From a virus: a stretch of DNA of 29,351 bases. This document shows positions 1 to 6,928 of this stretch, in pieces. Made by a program: the position numbers and the translations under genes. Each line of letters begins with the position of its first letter. Position 1 is the first letter of the stretch. The DNA lies in IMG/VR virus record IMGVR_UViG_3300012352_000279, positions 1-29,351 of that record. The stretch is one strand, 5' to 3'. The notes under the pieces were generated by a model. It did no database searches, was not told the origin of the DNA, and saw nothing but the letters and a program-made list of their open reading frames with translations.

Positions 1-55
1 TTTTTTGTAAAATAATTTGACTAATTACAAAGTTGTTCGTCTTTTCCTCGTATTC
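1..55. repeat. 55-bp terminal duplication (identical to 29297-29351); assembly overlap of a circular or circularly permuted genome
   Basis: TTTTTTGTAAAATAATTTGACTAATTACAAAGTTGTTCGTCTTTTCCTCGTATTC occurs at both window ends. It lies inside a coding sequence that reads through the junction. Confidence 0.9.
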
Positions 56-400
56 CCCAGTGTAATACTCTGAATCTTTTGACATTTCCCATATAGCTTT
101 AATATAAGCCATGTCGTGTATCTGAATCATTTTTGACACTGTTTTTACTGAGTGCATGATAGTTACATGGTCACGGTTTAAAAGCCTACCTATCTCGCTA
201 TATCCATAACCTGAAGCGAATAATAAAGCGTGTACTACTTGACGGTAAATCTTTATGTTAGTTATTCTGTTTTGCCCTGTAATTAAGTCAAAATCTAAAG
301 GGCAATAGCGTTGTATTCTAATCATGTCAAAGTTGCCTATCTTATTCCAATTTAATTGGTTCTTTAATCTCATTCGAGTACCGTGTGAATCGTATTTCAT
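1..400 (-). CDS. DnaA domain IV-like HTH DNA-binding protein (141 aa in total); the gene wraps the circular junction and its 3' end is at 29271-29296
   Basis: Not in the ORF track because it runs off the window edge. ATG at 400 forms an ATGA overlap with the stop of the 397.. ORF. My translation: MKYDSHGTRMRLKNQLNWNKIGNFDMIRIQRYCPLDFDLITGQNRITNIKIYRQVVHALLFASGYGYSEIGRLLNRDHVTIMHSVKTVSKMIQIHD... The R-Q..(hydrophobic)..S..EIG..x-RDH-x-T-x-x-H-S pattern is the hallmark of the DnaA C-terminal DNA-binding domain. Confidence 0.7.
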   Translation of the reverse strand, partial: MKYDSHGTRMRLKNQLNWNKIGNFDMIRIQRYCPLDFDLITGQNRITNIKIYRQVVHALLFASGYGYSEIGRLLNRDHVTIMHSVKTVSKMIQIHDMAYIKAIWEMSKDSEYYTGEYEEKTNNFVISQIILQK

Positions 401-807
401 TGTTCCTTGCTATTAAATGTTTTTGTTTCTTGCACCATGTGAAGTGCTAAAGTCATAAATTCTTTTACTTGTTCTTCTTTAGATTTTCCACTATATTTTA
501 TATATTCAAATGTATCACAACCCGAACAACTTCCATAAGAAACATCTGTAAAAATATAATCCCATAAACTTGGTTGATATACATTACTTGCTAAAACAAA
601 TATTTGATGCCCTTGATAATCTCCATCGTCAATTAACCTATATGTTTCCCAATTCCATTCCTTGCTATATCTAAATGTTGGATTGGTAACAACTAATTCA
701 AAAAGTCGTTTATAAATATCTTCATAACTTTCAGGTAAATTATCTTCAAAAGATTTTTGTAATAATCCTTTATTTTCTTCCCATTGTTTTACGTATTCTA
801 AAATCAT
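397..807 (-). CDS. hypothetical protein (136 aa; alternative start at 876 gives 159 aa)
   Basis: ORF track 397..876. I prefer ATG 807 (MILEYVKQWEENKG...), which lies 1 nt after the TAA (809-811) of the upstream gene. ATG 876 would overlap that gene by 68 nt. Contains a YGSCSGCD motif. No family recognised. Confidence 0.6.
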   Translation of the reverse strand: MILEYVKQWEENKGLLQKSFEDNLPESYEDIYKRLFELVVTNPTFRYSKEWNWETYRLIDDGDYQGHQIFVLASNVYQPSLWDYIFTDVSYGSCSGCDTFEYIKYSGKSKEEQVKEFMTLALHMVQETKTFNSKEQ

Positions 808-808
808 A

Positions 809-1069
809 TTAATCGTTTTTAAAGTTTTGTTTGTGCCATTGTCTAAATGCAAGTCCGATGTTGTGTTGTTGCTCAATTATACTTAAGTCAGTTCCTCGCA
901 TTAATAGTTCGTCTTTTTGTCGTATTTCTTTGATTAGCAAGTTGCATTTGTTTTTAAGTGACTGCGTAAACACGGAGCTATTCAAATCGTCCATGAAGTC
1001 AGCTAAAACGGGAAGCACTCCGACAAGTGTTAATAGCTTTTCAATTTCATCTTTGTTTGGTTGTTTCAT
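809..1069 (-). CDS. hypothetical protein (86 aa)
   Basis: ORF track. The start forms an ATGA overlap with the stop of the 1066..1227 ORF. Part of the coupled small-gene chain. Confidence 0.6.
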   Translation of the reverse strand: MKQPNKDEIEKLLTLVGVLPVLADFMDDLNSSVFTQSLKNKCNLLIKEIRQKDELLMRGTDLSIIEQQHNIGLAFRQWHKQNFKND

Positions 1070-1227
1070 TTTACCTGCTGTTTAAGTTTATTAATTACAC
1101 TCAAATACTCTAAATACAGTTGCATATTAAAAGAACCTCCTTTGTCTTTAGCACAACTTATTTTTTTAGGTTCTCGCCACCAGTTAGCCATGCTTTGTAT
1201 GTTTGCTTTTGCTGTTTGTCGTTTCAT
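1066..1227 (-). CDS. hypothetical basic protein (53 aa)
   Basis: Below the track size cut-off. My translation: MKRQTAKANIQSMANWWREPKKISCAKDKGGSFNMQLYLEYLSVINKLKQQVK. ATGA overlaps at both ends (1224-1227, 1066-1069). Confidence 0.45.
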   Translation of the reverse strand: MKRQTAKANIQSMANWWREPKKISCAKDKGGSFNMQLYLEYLSVINKLKQQVK

Positions 1228-1439
1228 TTTATTTCGTAATTAAATGGTTCGTGTTTTCCTTGTTGTATTCCGTTGTTTAACTGAATGTCCTCTTTGCTTA
1301 TTTTAAGCGTTTCTAATGACTTTACTTTTCGTTTTGGTATCATTGTATTAAATAGTACAATAAACACCGTTAAAACGAATAAAAGACGGTTTAAATATTT
1401 GTCGTTAATCTTCATATGTTTCTTCAATTTCAACTTCAT
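1224..1439 (-). CDS. small membrane protein (71 aa; alternative start ATG 1415 gives 63 aa)
   Basis: ORF track. One hydrophobic helix (LLFVLTVFIVLFNTMI) after a basic N-terminus. Confidence 0.5.
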   Translation of the reverse strand: MKLKLKKHMKINDKYLNRLLFVLTVFIVLFNTMIPKRKVKSLETLKISKEDIQLNNGIQQGKHEPFNYEIK

Positions 1440-1632
1440 ATCCTAATTTTTTTAAAACTGCTTTTAGTGATGTGCTTACCTGTAAGCCTATATATGCGTT
1501 TGAGATTGTTTCATCTTCAGGGTGCTCTAATAATTCATCGTTTAAATAAATTTGTACTCCATAATCAGAACAACAACTATCTGCACAATGACTAACCCAT
1601 TCTACTAATTTTATTTTAATCTTCTTCTTCAT
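1405..1632 (-). CDS. hypothetical acidic protein (75 aa) with an HCADSCCSDYG cysteine cluster
   Basis: ORF track. Overlaps its neighbours by 17 and 11-35 nt. Confidence 0.55.
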   Translation of the reverse strand: MKKKIKIKLVEWVSHCADSCCSDYGVQIYLNDELLEHPEDETISNAYIGLQVSTSLKAVLKKLGYEVEIEETYED

Positions 1633-1786
1633 AATCTTCTATTTCTGTAAATCCATAACCTAAACAATCTTCGCAAGTTACTTCTATGTAACAACCGCCA
1701 CAACAATCATTGCTTCCGTTTCTGCAATTCATTCGCTCAAGTGTTCCTGTTCCCTCACACGTTACGCACTCAATCTCTCGTATCAT
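1616..1786 (-). CDS. small DnaJ-type zinc-finger protein (56 aa)
   Basis: Below the track cut-off. My translation: MIREIECVTCEGTGTLERMNCRNGSNDCCGGCYIEVTCEDCLGYGFTEIEDYEEED. It has two CxxCxGxG motifs (CVTCEGTG, CEDCLGYG), as in the DnaJ cysteine-rich domain, and 9 Cys in total. ATGA overlap with the upstream gene at 1783-1786. Confidence 0.5.
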   Translation of the reverse strand: MIREIECVTCEGTGTLERMNCRNGSNDCCGGCYIEVTCEDCLGYGFTEIEDYEEED

Positions 1787-2043
1787 AACTTTTGAATTTC
1801 TTGTTTAACTTCTTGCCAAAAATTCATTTCATCTATAATAGAAATAAACCTATAACTGCAATTGCTTAAATCTTTAATTAATCTTTGTACTTCATCAACT
1901 GATATTAATGCGCATTGTTTAGCTTTATAATGTTTAAATACAACTGAAATATCTCCTAAAAGTATATCGTTAATTACTTCACTTCTTTTAGTTTCAAATT
2001 TAAATTTTTCTACAAGTTCTTCTGCTTTCTCTTTTGGTGTCAT
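1783..2043 (-). CDS. hypothetical protein (86 aa), paralogue of 26358..26636
   Basis: ORF track. Both proteins begin MTPKEKAEEL and end VKQEI(Q/E)KL, with a shared central KQCALI(S/A)V(D/E)E(V/I)Q. Confidence 0.7.
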   Translation of the reverse strand: MTPKEKAEELVEKFKFETKRSEVINDILLGDISVVFKHYKAKQCALISVDEVQRLIKDLSNCSYRFISIIDEMNFWQEVKQEIQKL

Positions 2044-2258
2044 ATCTCAGCTATTTGTTTGATTAATTTATTATAACTTGCTTTCAGTCTTTTGATTGCT
2101 CTGTCGTAAACGTCTATATCGTTTGCACAATCCTGTAAAACTTGGGTAAAGTGTCTATTTTCCCACTTGTTGTAAAACTCACAAGCATTACGTTTCTTGC
2201 TTTCAAAAGCGCTAATCATATCGAGTAACGCAATCGCTCTTTCGTGTAACTGTCTCAT
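2040..2258 (-). CDS. hypothetical helical protein (72 aa)
   Basis: ORF track. ATGA overlaps at both ends. Confidence 0.6.
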   Translation of the reverse strand: MRQLHERAIALLDMISAFESKKRNACEFYNKWENRHFTQVLQDCANDIDVYDRAIKRLKASYNKLIKQIAEI

Positions 2259-2335
2259 CTGTATAAACCGCTTAAGATGAATGCTGATAATGCTATCAAC
2301 GCTACTACTAAATTTTCAATTGTTTCTTTTTTCAT
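2255..2335 (-). CDS. possible 26-aa transmembrane peptide
   Basis: My translation: MKKETIENLVVALIALSAFILSGLYR. Its stop forms an ATGA overlap with the start of the 2040..2258 gene. Very short, so tentative. Confidence 0.3.
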   Translation of the reverse strand: MKKETIENLVVALIALSAFILSGLYR

Positions 2336-2340
2336 CGTTA

Positions 2341-2511
2341 TTAGTTTTTAGTTAATAATTCAATAATTAATAAATTTCTTTCTGCAGTTGTAATTTCATC
2401 AACTATGTTTTTACCGCTCCAATCAATTTGTGATAAAGTTATACCTCTATTTGTGTCTTGATATGAAACTTCTACTCTTTTGTTTCTAAATACTGTTACA
2501 ATTGTTTTCAT
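2341..2511 (-). CDS. hypothetical protein (56 aa), first gene after the 2541 promoter
   Basis: Below the track cut-off. My translation: MKTIVTVFRNKRVEVSYQDTNRGITLSQIDWSGKNIVDEITTAERNLLIIELLTKN. Confidence 0.45.
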   Translation of the reverse strand: MKTIVTVFRNKRVEVSYQDTNRGITLSQIDWSGKNIVDEITTAERNLLIIELLTKN

Positions 2512-2540
2512 AATTTCTGTTTTTATCGTTGTTTGTTTGA

Positions 2541-2571
2541 CAAATATATGTATTAAATTTAATACGACAAT
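2541..2571 (-). promoter_or_regulatory. host-type (Bacteroidota sigma-A-like) promoter: ATTG-N19-TATATTTG
   Basis: Minus strand reads ATTG TC GTATTAAATTTAATAC A TATATTTG. The -7 box is at 2541-2548 and the -33 TTG at 2568-2571. It lies about 30 nt upstream of ATG 2511 and directly downstream of the late-operon terminator. Confidence 0.55.
2550..2565. promoter_or_regulatory. perfect 16-bp palindrome GTATTAAATTTAATAC filling the promoter spacer (candidate operator)
   Basis: GTATTAAA / TTTAATAC are exact reverse complements. The palindrome sits between the -33 and -7 elements. Confidence 0.45.
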
Positions 2572-2573
2572 AG

Positions 2574-2595
2574 TTATTTACAATTTATTTACAAT
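2574..2595. repeat. two perfect tandem 11-bp repeats TTATTTACAAT, followed by two degenerate copies to 2617
   Basis: ttatttacaat ttatttacaat tatttttaatt tatttttgaaa. The helically phased T-tracts lie just upstream of the promoter -33 element. Confidence 0.7.
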
Positions 2596-2656
2596 TATTT
2601 TTAATTTATTTTTGAAAGTGTTGATTTTAAAGGGTTTCAGAACGAAAATTTTTTAA

Positions 2657-2688
2657 TAAAAAAACCGCTATTAATTAAAATAACGGTC
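2657..2688 (-). terminator. rho-independent terminator ending the late operon
   Basis: Minus-strand RNA: ACCGUUAUU-UUAAUU-AAUAGCGGU (9-bp stem including one G-U pair) followed by UUUUUU. It lies 48 nt after the M23 gene stop. Confidence 0.7.
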
Positions 2689-2735
2689 TTTACAAACAAA
2701 CTAACGATGAAATTAGTACTGCAAATTTAATAAAA

Positions 2736-3230
2736 TTATTCTGATAATGTTACAAATGGTAAGGGGTCAAATCTGTTTTTTAATCCAAGTCCACAAAATG
2801 CTTTATCTCGTAACTCAAAATGTAAGTGACCGCCTTTGCTTACGGTGCTCATTCCTTTAGCGTTGCCAGTATCGCCACTTAAACCAACTACATGACCCGC
2901 ATTAATAATTGTTCCTTCAACTACATCAACACGGTCTAAATGTGCGTAAAATGCAAATTTGTTATGTAGTTCTTTTTTGTGTGGGCAATTTAATTGTAAA
3001 GTAACAGTCCAACCGTAACCGCTCAATCCTTTATCAATATCAATAACTTTTGAATCCTCAACTGCGTAAAGCCTATAACTTTCGTCAGTTGCTAAATCAA
3101 TGCCTTGATGTGCTCTTGGTGTTCCGTCATTGTTTTTGCGTACCATTCCAAACGTAGCACCTTTAACGGAGTATAATCCTGCCGTGCGTAGCTTACAAGT
3201 TTTTAAAGGATTGAATGTAAACTTTGTCAT
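2736..3230 (-). CDS. M23/LytM-family metallopeptidase, probable endolysin
   Basis: HxxxD (HQGIDL) and HxH (HLHFE) zinc-ligand motifs, plus a GLSGDTGNA segment. Last gene before the terminator. No signal peptide. Confidence 0.8.
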   Translation of the reverse strand: MTKFTFNPLKTCKLRTAGLYSVKGATFGMVRKNNDGTPRAHQGIDLATDESYRLYAVEDSKVIDIDKGLSGYGWTVTLQLNCPHKKELHNKFAFYAHLDRVDVVEGTIINAGHVVGLSGDTGNAKGMSTVSKGGHLHFELRDKAFCGLGLKNRFDPLPFVTLSE

Positions 3231-4108
3231 AAATTAAATTTTCTTGAATCAATGTATTTATGTACTTTACGGTCTCCGTCTTTCATTCGTGTAACAATAT
3301 CAATTGTTAAAATACGACCCCCAATAGGTTTAATTGGTGCGCCTCTTTCTACGTGCCAACCTTTGTCTCCGTCTCCGTATTCCTCTTTATACGCTCCTGT
3401 TAACATTAAATGTAAATCTTTGTGCTGTATAACCATTTTACTGCCTGATTGTCTTAATGTATCTCTAACATCATTACGTGCGCTATTTTCGTGAATATGT
3501 CCCATTGTAAACACGTCAAATCCTTCGTACAATTCTAAGGCTCTTGTAAGGTTAATTGCTCCCTTTGTTACAACACCACCACCGCCCGAGCCATGAAAGT
3601 ATTTTACTTTAACTGAATTTCCTGCACCAGTTGAACTATCCCCTTTTAATTTGATATTAATCCAACCACCGTAACCTCCTGTATATACGTTTGAGTTACA
3701 TTTATAATTAAGTAAGTCTACAAAACGCTGTAAGATATCCGTTTCTTGCCATTTGATAATAGCAGTTTCATGATTTCCGTAACCGATTACAGTTAATAAA
3801 TGTGCGTAAGGTGTCCACCATTCGACAGCAGTTTCGACTATTGAATCTAAATACTTTGAGTTGTTGTGTTCGGGTCTAATATCCGACTTATTTTTTCGTC
3901 TATCCCCTTGCCCCTGCATTAAACAAAACATATCGCCATTAATCATAATAGGCATATTCTTTTCTAAGCAATAATCTAAGTGTCTTTTAAGAGTGTCCCA
4001 GTCGCATTTTGGATTATCCCAGTGTATATCTGAGAGCATTGCAATTTCAAAATTCTTTGTATCAACGATTATATCGTGAACATTTTTACCGTGTTTAACT
4101 ACTTGCAT
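3227..4108 (-). CDS. calcineurin-like metallophosphoesterase
   Basis: All signature motifs occur in order: SDIHWD (DxH), NGDMF (GD), GNHE (GNH[ED]), FHGSGG, GHIHE (GHxH). ATGA-coupled to the M23 gene. Confidence 0.7.
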   Translation of the reverse strand: MQVVKHGKNVHDIIVDTKNFEIAMLSDIHWDNPKCDWDTLKRHLDYCLEKNMPIMINGDMFCLMQGQGDRRKNKSDIRPEHNNSKYLDSIVETAVEWWTPYAHLLTVIGYGNHETAIIKWQETDILQRFVDLLNYKCNSNVYTGGYGGWINIKLKGDSSTGAGNSVKVKYFHGSGGGGVVTKGAINLTRALELYEGFDVFTMGHIHENSARNDVRDTLRQSGSKMVIQHKDLHLMLTGAYKEEYGDGDKGWHVERGAPIKPIGGRILTIDIVTRMKDGDRKVHKYIDSRKFNL

Positions 4109-4138
4109 ACGTTAATTTTTGCGTGAAAGATACGCTTT

Positions 4139-4657
4139 TTATTTGAATCGAAAAGCTAAAACGATTATAATCAACAAACAAACTATAATAATAGGGAACG
4201 CAAAACGGTTGTTTTTCTTGCGTTCTGTTTTTTGTTCTGACACTTTTACTTTTGAATCCGCTTTAACATTGATTTTATGTGTTCTAAGAGCATAACGTAG
4301 CGAATCGGTATATTTCTTTAACTCAAACTTCAAACTATCCTTAAATCGTCTTATTTCAAGTATTTGATTAAAGCGTGTTTTCGGGTATAAAAATACGTTT
4401 TGTTTTACTATTGTATCTTTTTGGGTATAAAAATATTGGAAAAACGTAGTGTCTTTAGTCCGGATTAAAACCGAATCTTTTTGATAGTATGTAAGCGTGT
4501 CGGTAACGTGTTCTATTTTACCGCCTTTCTTTTCGTATTTACGCAAGTGATATGAAGCTGAGCAACTAAATAGAAACCCCCAAGCTATTGCTGAAGCTAT
4601 AACGAATAAAATAAATTTAGCAACGTCTAAGTGTGGGAAGTTTCCTTTTGTTGTCAT
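4139..4657 (-). CDS. candidate unimolecular spanin-like lysis protein (172 aa)
   Basis: The N-terminal signal-like hydrophobic stretch ends in FLFSC (Cys32, lipobox-like). The C-terminus has a TM helix (FAFPIIIVCLLIIIVLAFRF). ATGA-coupled behind the holin-like gene. Confidence 0.3.
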   Translation of the reverse strand: MTTKGNFPHLDVAKFILFVIASAIAWGFLFSCSASYHLRKYEKKGGKIEHVTDTLTYYQKDSVLIRTKDTTFFQYFYTQKDTIVKQNVFLYPKTRFNQILEIRRFKDSLKFELKKYTDSLRYALRTHKINVKADSKVKVSEQKTERKKNNRFAFPIIIVCLLIIIVLAFRFK

Positions 4658-5085
4658 AGTTCTTTTTTAATGTTCTTAGCTTTAATAATTAAATCAACTG
4701 CTTTGTTGATGAATGAATAGCCTTTTACTTTCTCAAATGATTCGTCCATTGACTTAACCTCAATCGATATTAATACTAAAGCAATTAATTTAGTGAATAA
4801 AAACTCTACACTAACTACCGATTTTGTAAGTTCGTTAATTATAAAATAATCTGAAGCATACACTAACATAGTAGCGGTTACGTAGCTTAGTATCTTAGGT
4901 ATAAAACCATGTCTAAAGTTTTTCGATGTAACACCTTGTCGCAATTGTTTAGCTTTCCAAACACCAAAGCAAGTATCTAAAACAGTAGATAAAGCAACTA
5001 AGATAATAATACCTTTGATAGGTGCAAAAAAGACGAACAACGCTTGTAAAAAATAGGTGTAATAAGAGGCAATAAAAGACTTCAT
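4654..5085 (-). CDS. holin-like membrane protein (143 aa)
   Basis: 3-4 hydrophobic helices. LDTCFGVWKAK and ISIEVKSMDES resemble conserved segments of the phage holin_4 family. Positioned in the lysis block. Confidence 0.45.
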   Translation of the reverse strand: MKSFIASYYTYFLQALFVFFAPIKGIIILVALSTVLDTCFGVWKAKQLRQGVTSKNFRHGFIPKILSYVTATMLVYASDYFIINELTKSVVSVEFLFTKLIALVLISIEVKSMDESFEKVKGYSFINKAVDLIIKAKNIKKEL

Positions 5086-5591
5086 ATAAACAAAATACTA
5101 TCGTTAAATCCGTTCTCCTGTGTCTTTAATGGTTTGATGTCGCTATCTGTATTCAAGTGACTTGTAAACTGTGGGTACAAATCTTTGTAAGTGCGTAAAT
5201 AGTTAATCAAACGAACCTCATAAAATGACGCTTTTTGTGCGTAGTGGTCTTGAGCAAAAGCAACCTCGCTTTGTGTGACTGAATTAGAATAGTCTCCATT
5301 CTGAACTTGCAAACCTTTGTTTTTAAGCTGGTAACTCAATCCGAAAACTGCATCTTCAGCACTTCGCCACGCTACAATTGGCTTAATATATTCGACAAGT
5401 GTTTCCTCGTCTGTTGTTAATGTCTCAGCGTTGTACTTAGCCAATAAATATTTGTAAAAGTAAGTGCCTAAAATTGGTTGCACTCTTAAATCCGACTGAG
5501 TTCTAATGTAAGGCGTAACGTCTTTAACATCGACATTTGCTGTAATCGGTGTTTGATTTTTTAAATACGCTTCAGTTATAAAGTAATTCAT
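5082..5591 (-). CDS. hypothetical protein, possible head-tail adaptor (by position after the portal gene)
   Basis: ORF track. 1-nt overlap (TAATG) with the portal stop. No diagnostic motif. Confidence 0.3.
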   Translation of the reverse strand: MNYFITEAYLKNQTPITANVDVKDVTPYIRTQSDLRVQPILGTYFYKYLLAKYNAETLTTDEETLVEYIKPIVAWRSAEDAVFGLSYQLKNKGLQVQNGDYSNSVTQSEVAFAQDHYAQKASFYEVRLINYLRTYKDLYPQFTSHLNTDSDIKPLKTQENGFNDSILFI

Positions 5592-6928
5592 TATACAGTA
5601 GTTGTAGTTGTTATTGTTTCAGTTGCTATCTGTGATTTCGTTTTGTCGCCACCGTCTACTGGTGGTAAACTTGCTAATGCACGTACCTCATTTTCAGTCA
5701 TTGACTCAAGTACTTTTGTAGCAACCAATGGAGACATTGCGTTTAAAGCATCTGTTGTTTTCTTACCGCTACCCTCTAATTCTACGATTGTTTCATTAAC
5801 AATTTGGTAGTTATTTAGTGTGAATGTAGCTTTAATCTTAGCGATTTTAAACAAGTCGTTTACTATCTTTTCAATCTTATGGCGTTGTGGATAGATTACG
5901 TTCTTTTCAAAAATGATATACGACTGTTTGATGTCAGAACCCGAACCAAGTTTACCACTCACACGAATACCCATTAATATAGGGTCGATTGTATGCGCTT
6001 GGCATATCTTACTGTCAATGCTTTCAGTTGTTACTTGGAAAAGATTGTCGTTGTTGTTGGTTGGTATCGCTTCAATCTTAGGAAGTTGGTCTGCATTATT
6101 AGCAAAGAAACTCAAAACTTTACCGCCATTTCTTGCACCTTTTCCGCTTTCAATTGTTTTTCTTAATCCTGCTTTTTCCTCTTCGCTTTGTGGCTTTTTA
6201 GGGAACATAAAAGCAAATGACGGGAAGATAGCGTTCAAGATATTAGACTTTTGTAAGTATGACATTTCGCCATCTAAGAAAGCCCAATTAAATGCACTTG
6301 TATAACTTGGCAAAGGGTAAACGTCTTGACCTACACAGTTCTTTTCGTACACATATAAGCACTCTCTTTGGTAAATCTTACGGTCATAAGGGTAAATAGT
6401 CTCAATATCAATTTGACTCGTCCAATCGTCACAAATAAAGTATGTACATTTATCTTTTGACGTTCTAACTTTCTCCGCTCCTATGTGCTTAACACGAATT
6501 AAATCATTATTTGAGTTAAATACAAGTCTAAAATAAACACGGTTGTGTAAAATGTCGTCTTTTGTTATCTTATCTAACAACTGTTCTAAGTCTACTTTCT
6601 TTTCAAAAGCGTAAACTTCCATCTTTTCAACTGCTGTAACGCTTGAATCCGTCTTAATTTCATAACCCCCACCAATTGTAGCATTTGTTTTAAAGTCAAC
6701 TATCGCACCATGTAACGGAGACGTGTAGTAAAGTTGGTTAATTAATTGCGGGTAAAGGTTGTCTACTCCAAAACGGATATATCCGCTAACCTGTTGACGT
6801 GCATTAACGTAAGGAAGCGACAAATTTCCCTCGCCTACTTTCATAAATGGACTTGAAAACGATTGATAGTTGTTACTTTCAACGCTCACGCTTTCGCTTT
6901 TTCCAATGTTAAAACCTAAAAATTTCAT
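5591..6928 (-). CDS. portal protein
   Basis: 445 aa. LYYTSPLHGAIVDFKTNATIGGGY, PLPSYTSAFNWAFLDGEMSYLQKSNILN and GKGARNGGKVLSFF resemble PBSX/HK97-type portal motifs. Lies in the head module. Confidence 0.65.
   Translation of the reverse strand: MKFLGFNIGKSESVSVESNNYQSFSSPFMKVGEGNLSLPYVNARQQVSGYIRFGVDNLYPQLINQLYYTSPLHGAIVDFKTNATIGGGYEIKTDSSVTAVEKMEVYAFEKKVDLEQLLDKITKDDILHNRVYFRLVFNSNNDLIRVKHIGAEKVRTSKDKCTYFICDDWTSQIDIETIYPYDRKIYQRECLYVYEKNCVGQDVYPLPSYTSAFNWAFLDGEMSYLQKSNILNAIFPSFAFMFPKKPQSEEEKAGLRKTIESGKGARNGGKVLSFFANNADQLPKIEAIPTNNNDNLFQVTTESIDSKICQAHTIDPILMGIRVSGKLGSGSDIKQSYIIFEKNVIYPQRHKIEKIVNDLFKIAKIKATFTLNNYQIVNETIVELEGSGKKTTDALNAMSPLVATKVLESMTENEVRALASLPPVDGGDKTKSQIATETITTTTTV

Noticed and set aside
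5886-5894. DnaA-box-like sequences (TGTGGATAG at 5886-5894; TATCCATA at 201-208) as targets of the DnaA-IV-like protein
   Set aside because: These are isolated single hits with mismatches, inside coding regions. There is no clustering, so they are consistent with chance.
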